A stretch of DNA of 64,000 nt from SAR324 cluster bacterium (GTDB taxonomy: Bacteria > SAR324 > NAC60-12). The notes beneath the pieces were generated by a model. It saw only the letters and a list, made by a program, of their open reading frames with translations. It did no database searches and was not told the origin of the DNA. Of the stretch, positions 58,656-64,000 are shown piece after piece. Both the position numbers and the translations under genes were made by a program. Each line of letters starts with the position of its first letter. The first letter of the stretch is position 1. The stretch spans positions 2,677 to 66,676 of the forward strand of contig JADGAV010000009.1 of NCBI GenBank assembly GCA_015231825.1. Direction: 5' to 3'.

Positions 58656-59444
58656 ATGATGCGTTCATTGTTTACCGCGGCAACAGGGATGAAAGCCCAA
58701 CAGCGGCAAATTGATACCATTTCAAACAATCTGGCCAACGTGAATACCGACGGTTTCAAAAAGAGCCGTAATCATTTTCAGGATCTGCTCTATCACAATG
58801 AAAAACTTGCCGGAACACGCTCCTCCCAATCCACCCAAGTGCCGGTTGGGATTCATGTTGGTCACGGTACCAAGCATGTCACGACAGAAAAGATTCACAC
58901 TCAGGGAAATATGAAATCGACGGGCAACCAATTGGATCTCAGCATCGATGGACCGGGTTTTTTTATGATCCTGCAACCCAATGGTGCAATCGCCTATTCC
59001 CGTTCCGGACATTTTAATATTGATGGACAGGGGCGTTTGGTGACCAATGACGGCATGCCGATGGATCCAGAAGTGATCATTCCACAGAACACCCGGAAAA
59101 TTGAGATCGGTTTGGACGGCAATGTGAATGTATTTTTGAGCGATGTGAACATCCCTGAATCTGCTGGAACTATTCAATTGGCACGTTTTCCCAATCCGGC
59201 AGGATTGACGCCCATAGGGAAAAACCTGTATGTCACCTCCCCTTCCTCAGGTCAAGTTGATGTTCAAGATCCCGGGGTCGAAGGAATGGGATCGCTCAAT
59301 CAGGGATTTTTGGAAGGTTCGAACGTTTCGGTCGTTGAAGAGATGGTGAATATGATCACGGCTCAGCGAGCCTATGAGGTCAATTCCAAAGCGATTCAAA
59401 CTTCTGATCAAATGCTGCAGGCGGTCAACAATCTAACTCAATAA
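58656..59444 (+). CDS. flgG: Flagellar distal rod protein FlgG
   Basis: MMRSLFTAATGM, NNLANVNT.GFKKSR, FQDLLY, LEGSNVSVVEEMVNMITAQRAYEVNSK. Confidence 0.95.
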   Translation: MMRSLFTAATGMKAQQRQIDTISNNLANVNTDGFKKSRNHFQDLLYHNEKLAGTRSSQSTQVPVGIHVGHGTKHVTTEKIHTQGNMKSTGNQLDLSIDGPGFFMILQPNGAIAYSRSGHFNIDGQGRLVTNDGMPMDPEVIIPQNTRKIEIGLDGNVNVFLSDVNIPESAGTIQLARFPNPAGLTPIGKNLYVTSPSSGQVDVQDPGVEGMGSLNQGFLEGSNVSVVEEMVNMITAQRAYEVNSKAIQTSDQMLQAVNNLTQ

Positions 59445-59461
59445 TTTATAGAGAAAAGACG

Positions 59462-60454
59462 ATGCGATTCTTGAGAAAAATGATATCCTGGGGAGGAATG
59501 TGGGCCTTGCTTTCTGCATCCACGGCATTGGCTGCTTCGAACTCAAATCTTGTCAATGACTATGAACAGGTACAAATTTTTCTTTCTGAAGAAAGTATTG
59601 TTGAAAAATCCGATTATACATTGGCAGAGATCGCCAACGTGGAAGGGGCAGATCCAGTATTTCTGGAAAAACTGGCCAATGTCGTTATGGGGCGCTCACC
59701 CCTGCCGGGCGGTTCTATTGTCATCAACCGATCATTGATTATTACAAAGCTCCGTCCCTACATTCATTCAGAGAAACTGGCTTTTGGAGGAACGAATAAA
59801 ACGACAGTGCGACGTTCTGCCTTGCGGGTAAGCGGGGATGATATCGATCAGGCGGTTCTCAATCATGTTGCCTCAGAAATGGAAGGGAATGATTTTAAAA
59901 CGAAGCTTGTTTCTCAAAGTCGCGATGTTTTTCTGCCGAGGGGAACGTTGTCATTTGAGGTGAAGCTTCGTGGAAAATACAAAAAAGAAGGAGGATACCG
60001 AAATTACGTTGTCGAATTTAAAATTGATCAGAAACTGATCAAAAAAGTTCCCATTCGGGTCTATGTGAAAATTTATAAAGATGTATATGTTGCCAAAGAT
60101 ACAATAAAACGGGATCACCTGATTCAAGACGCTGATTTGACAAAAATCAGAAAGAACGTAGATCGGCTGCCAACAAACTATGTTCTTGATAAATCAACGC
60201 TGGTCGGCAAGATTGCAAAACGTTCAATCAACCCCAACGAGGTGCTCCATAAAAACACGGTGACCACAGCTCCGATTATCAATTCCGGGGATCAGGTGAT
60301 GATCGTATATGAAACCCCAAATCTACGCCTGACCGCACCCGGAATTGCCATGCACAAAGGACGACTTGGAGAACGGATTTCAGTGCGCAATACGGTTAGT
60401 AAAGCATTGCTTCAAGCTATAGTAAAAAACAAAAACTTTGTTCAAGTTAATTGA
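59462..60454 (+). CDS. flgA: Flagellar P-ring chaperone FlgA (long form)
   Basis: Signal peptide, N-terminal extension with LGRSP-like motif, SAF domain, GDQV...G.AM..G..GE.I.VRN. Confidence 0.85.
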   Translation: MRFLRKMISWGGMWALLSASTALAASNSNLVNDYEQVQIFLSEESIVEKSDYTLAEIANVEGADPVFLEKLANVVMGRSPLPGGSIVINRSLIITKLRPYIHSEKLAFGGTNKTTVRRSALRVSGDDIDQAVLNHVASEMEGNDFKTKLVSQSRDVFLPRGTLSFEVKLRGKYKKEGGYRNYVVEFKIDQKLIKKVPIRVYVKIYKDVYVAKDTIKRDHLIQDADLTKIRKNVDRLPTNYVLDKSTLVGKIAKRSINPNEVLHKNTVTTAPIINSGDQVMIVYETPNLRLTAPGIAMHKGRLGERISVRNTVSKALLQAIVKNKNFVQVN

Positions 60455-60490
60455 TTTAATCGATTCGCTTTGTAAAAGAGAAGATCTCTA

Positions 60491-61231
60491 ATGAACAGGA
60501 TGAAATTCATTTCTTTGGGTACCCTTATATTTATTCTTGTCATCGGCACCGGATTGGGAGGGTGCAATCTTCTCCAAAAAGCGCCTCCTCCCCAAAAACC
60601 GACCAATGTCAGCAAATCTCCTGCCAACCGGGCAAAATACCAAAGACGTCCGCGCATTTCCACACAACGAAACTTGTATGAAGGATCACTTTGGAGAAAT
60701 GAATCGTCTTTTGGAAATTTATTGAGGGACCATCGCGCGCGTTTTCGTCATGATTTGTTAACGATCAATGCAGTGAAAGAAATTGTTTTTGTTCCTCCTC
60801 CCAAAGAGAAGGCCCCTGAAACAGCGACAACCGATATTCAAAAAGCCAGTGCAGCCTTGGAAGCTTTGTCTCTAAGAGATACACTGGAAGAAGAGCAAAA
60901 CGAAATATTAAGAAATCTTGACACCATTTCTGCAGAAGTGATCCGGGTGCTGCCCAATGGCAATATGGTGGTTCGCGGTCGTAAAGTCGATCACCGGCAA
61001 CGCAATCAAGTCCGCTATGTCACGACGGTCCAGGGTATTTTGAGGCCGGCTGATGTCAACGACACCAATGTGGTCTCTGCTGAAAAACTGGTATATCCGG
61101 AAGTCAAAATAAAACGTCAAATTCTCGGTAGCCTGCTCAGAACCAAATTGAGTTCCTTAGCTCCTCTGCTTGGAAAGCAATCTGCCGGACTACTGGAAAG
61201 ACTCAGCGACTTCACCAAAACAAAAAAATAA
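60491..61231 (+). CDS. flgH: Flagellar L-ring protein FlgH, divergent
   Basis: Lipobox LGGC, GSLW, RDHRAR..DLLTI, ISAEVIRVLPNGNMVVRG, GILRPADV..TNVV. Confidence 0.75.
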   Translation: MNRMKFISLGTLIFILVIGTGLGGCNLLQKAPPPQKPTNVSKSPANRAKYQRRPRISTQRNLYEGSLWRNESSFGNLLRDHRARFRHDLLTINAVKEIVFVPPPKEKAPETATTDIQKASAALEALSLRDTLEEEQNEILRNLDTISAEVIRVLPNGNMVVRGRKVDHRQRNQVRYVTTVQGILRPADVNDTNVVSAEKLVYPEVKIKRQILGSLLRTKLSSLAPLLGKQSAGLLERLSDFTKTKK

Positions 61232-61475
61232 TTTCTTCGGGGATTGAGTATTCCTAATATTCCCGGAGGATCAGATTTCCTCTCCAATTCCTAAAAATAT
61301 TCATAAAAAGATTTTCAGATTTGTATTTGTTTCTGTAAAAATAGCATACAGTTCTGCTGAGAAGGCTGAGTTTTTCATGGATTCCTGAAGAAGCAGAAAC
61401 CTTTTTCATCTAGAAATTTGTTTGAGTAGGCGGTATGTACAGTAAGCAAATGGTTCTCGAAATTGGGAGTATAAA

Positions 61476-63152
61476 GTGAAAAAACCAGAAACATTGAGTA
61501 TTGAAGAAGTTGAGCAAAAGGAAGAAGTCATTACTCTTCCTGAATCTGTGTCGAGGATTCTCACTCCTGAAGAAATCATTGTTTATGAGAATGAGACAGT
61601 AAAGTTTCTTTCAGTTGCAGTTGACATTTCCTTTGAGACACGTTTGATGGCCTTAACCCTGCTGAAGACACTTTCTCATCTTTCAGGAAACAAAGATCCA
61701 TTGTTTAGTACTTTTGAAAGAATTCCTTTTAAGAAACATCGTTTACTTTACTATGTGGTGCCTTTTCTCTCCGAAATTGCAGGAAAAGGGAACTTGCTGA
61801 AGTGGTATCAGGAGGAAGCGGAGTACGCAACGGAACTGGAAAAGAAAAAAGGGGATTTCGGACTTCTCGAACATCTGATTTACCTGTATGAATCGGTGAT
61901 CTTTCGAATGGTGATGGATAAAAAAAACCGAGACAACTATTTGCTGCTTGCGGAGTCGGTTTTAAAAGAAATTAGGGAGAATCTGCAGGATCTTCAGATC
62001 GCGTTTGAGAAAAAGGACGTTCAGCATTCATGGATGAGTTTGGACAAATCGGCGCTGATTGCTTTTAAGAAAATTATCAATACCTGGAAAACTATTGTTA
62101 ATGTGACAACAATCCGGCACGGAGGACATCTCCCGGTCCAATTTCGGAGACCACCAGGAAAACTGCCTTTTGAATGGGCCGAACTGATTCGGATTAAAAA
62201 GGCGAATAAAGTCAGCATGATTAACGCAATCTATCCGCTTCGAGGACTGTCATCGCAGTGTCGGGAAATTCGAACCTACAGTTCCTTTATCCTGAATCGG
62301 GTTTGCGAGGAACGTCCTGGTTTTTTAGAAAGCCTGAAACACTCCAAGGTGGAGAGATCATTTGTCAATCGATTGAGGGTGGCGTATCAGATTAATAAAA
62401 AATATCCGATCATTCCATTGGACGTGCCTGGTCAGTTTCAACAGGAAATGTTCTTGATTCTGATTGAATATGCCATCAATAGTCTGGCGAAAAAATTTGA
62501 ACTGGGTGACAAAGGAAAAGAGGATCTTCAGGAGAATTTGTCTAAATTCAGTGAACACGTTCAGACCAAAGATGAAGTGAACATGGAGGAGGTTCTGGCA
62601 AAAGATGAAGTTATTGAGCCTGAACCCCCGAAGGAAGAAAAAGCGAAATTTGCTTTGGAAACAGATTATCCTGCTCTGACGGATGATCAGGAATTGGGAA
62701 TGGGAATGCAGACGATGCCCTTTATCTTTCCATTCACATACGAAGACGAGCAGGAGGAACTGCCCCTGGAGCACGTTCCGAATATCAAGTGGGATGAAAT
62801 GAAATGGAACGCAATGAATGCCCAGGGAGTCAAACTTCAGGTTGCCGAAGCGAAAATATTTGTCAAAAAACTGGAAATAATTCCCTCTTATCGTTATGAA
62901 ATTTTTTCTTTGAAAGATTATAAACCGATCAAGCCCTATCAGCAATTTTCGTGCTTTATTATCAAGATGATGCAGAAAGAAGGGGTACAGTATTATATTG
63001 CTAAGAAAGGGGGGAAGAAAAATGAAAAGGGTGTGTCTTCTGTGTTCATTGCTTTGGATTTGAGCGAACAATATCTTAAGAATATAGACCGAGCATTTTT
63101 TTTTATTTTTCCTGCACCCTACAATCAGCACATCCTGGCAATCCCCCGCTGA
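61476..63152 (+). CDS. Hypothetical protein (558 aa)
   Basis: Long ORF, GTG start after GGGAG; no family recognised. Confidence 0.72.
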   Translation: MKKPETLSIEEVEQKEEVITLPESVSRILTPEEIIVYENETVKFLSVAVDISFETRLMALTLLKTLSHLSGNKDPLFSTFERIPFKKHRLLYYVVPFLSEIAGKGNLLKWYQEEAEYATELEKKKGDFGLLEHLIYLYESVIFRMVMDKKNRDNYLLLAESVLKEIRENLQDLQIAFEKKDVQHSWMSLDKSALIAFKKIINTWKTIVNVTTIRHGGHLPVQFRRPPGKLPFEWAELIRIKKANKVSMINAIYPLRGLSSQCREIRTYSSFILNRVCEERPGFLESLKHSKVERSFVNRLRVAYQINKKYPIIPLDVPGQFQQEMFLILIEYAINSLAKKFELGDKGKEDLQENLSKFSEHVQTKDEVNMEEVLAKDEVIEPEPPKEEKAKFALETDYPALTDDQELGMGMQTMPFIFPFTYEDEQEELPLEHVPNIKWDEMKWNAMNAQGVKLQVAEAKIFVKKLEIIPSYRYEIFSLKDYKPIKPYQQFSCFIIKMMQKEGVQYYIAKKGGKKNEKGVSSVFIALDLSEQYLKNIDRAFFFIFPAPYNQHILAIPR

Positions 63153-63352
63153 ATTTTTTCGACAGCAATGTCAAAATTCTTTTTGTCGCCTTCCCGTTTC
63201 TGCTGAGCAACGTCATTGTTTGAAAAGGAAATAATCGTTTTTGGAAAAGATTCAGCATTGACAATCCTGGCATTTGTGATCTATTAATCGATTAAAAATT
63301 TTTCTCCAAATCTGTGATTCAAAATTCTTGATATCCGCTTTTAAATTACTGA

Positions 63353-64000
63353 ATGCTCGGCAAATTTAAAAATTTATTGAGTCAGGCTAAACCTGCTCCT
63401 CCTCCCGTTGAGACGACTCCTGTCGCCAATGAACCCCCTGCCCCAGAACGGCATCCTCAGTATTCACAGCAGTGGGATCGGCTGGTAGAACTTTTCCAAA
63501 CGTTGAAGGCCAATCCTTGGAATGAATCTGTAGAAAAGTTTTTAAAAGAGTTCCTGGATTCTCTGCAAAAGTACACCATCAGTGATTACCTTGCTTCTTC
63601 TTACAACAAGGAAGCTCTGGACAAATTCAAAGAATATGCATTGAAAGAATTTGAATCGATGGGCACAATCAACCGGGCACGAGTTCAGAGCCTGGTTGAC
63701 TTAGCCGATGAGGAAATGCACAAAACAATTTTTGAATGTTTGTTTTTGTGCGATATCAATCCTGTGGGGCACCCCCCGTTTGAATTGTCAGATACTCAGG
63801 GTTTTGACGCCAAAGGAAACCCTATTTTGGAAAAGCATGTTTACCCCGTTTTCACGGAAAACGCTTTGACAGGAGTTGCGGGGATTGACCGGTTTTTACC
63901 TGGAGAAATGATTGGAGGAAATTCAGAGAAAAACATTCAGGGGATGAAGAGTTTTCTGCAAAGCGAATATTCTGAAATTGCTGCTCAATCCGGGACCCAT
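63353..64000 (+). CDS. Hypothetical protein, partial (runs off right edge): MLGKFKNLLSQAKPAPPPVETTPVANEPP...
   Basis: 216 codons open from ATG 63353 to window end; not in the supplied ORF track because no stop is included. Confidence 0.7.
   Translation, partial: MLGKFKNLLSQAKPAPPPVETTPVANEPPAPERHPQYSQQWDRLVELFQTLKANPWNESVEKFLKEFLDSLQKYTISDYLASSYNKEALDKFKEYALKEFESMGTINRARVQSLVDLADEEMHKTIFECLFLCDINPVGHPPFELSDTQGFDAKGNPILEKHVYPVFTENALTGVAGIDRFLPGEMIGGNSEKNIQGMKSFLQSEYSEIAAQSGTH

Noticed and set aside
1-64000. CRISPR arrays, tRNA/rRNA genes, prophage or defence-system genes
   Set aside because: No regularly spaced repeats, tRNA arm motifs, rRNA-like stretches, or phage/defence protein motifs were recognised by eye.

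Overview
Bacterial chromosomal window, gene-dense and mostly AT-rich. Gene content and protein styles suggest a deltaproteobacterium-like organism, possibly SAR324-related (inference only). Left to right: a Y1/RAYT-type transposase; puuD-like gene, rtcB and a lone lptF/G; cheY-like and PilZ genes; wcaJ; obgE; a redox cluster (two glutaredoxin paralogues, dodecin, peroxiredoxin); ilvNB, an Omp85-type barrel and leuB; a thioredoxin-like/PTS-IIA/CLC operon; a large pentose/sugar catabolic island (cupin, Tm-1-like pair, xylB, xylA, ROK repressor, hybrid kinase, and divergently an oxidoreductase, isomerase, CUT1 ABC transporter and ketose 3-epimerase); adenylate cyclase, SDR, HAD, MFS; a HAAT/Liv ABC system; trpBA; a ferredoxin-NADP reductase; flgFGAH; and several orphan ORFs. 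Main points missed by the ORF track: (1) two genes split by in-frame TGA exactly at the catalytic Cys position, i.e. probable selenoproteins (peroxiredoxin 11616-12086; membrane-anchored UxxC thioredoxin-like protein 18165-18611 with a clear SECIS-like hairpin); (2) a soluble hybrid kinase ending in a Vibrio ChiS-type DNA-binding domain inside a xylose locus, with paired direct repeats upstream; (3) a 26-bp terminal motif of the transposase element that recurs about 45 kb away directly against a GC-rich MFS gene and also supplies the -35 of a neighbouring promoter. No tRNA, rRNA or CRISPR array was recognised. All family assignments are from motif recognition by eye; no database searches were run.
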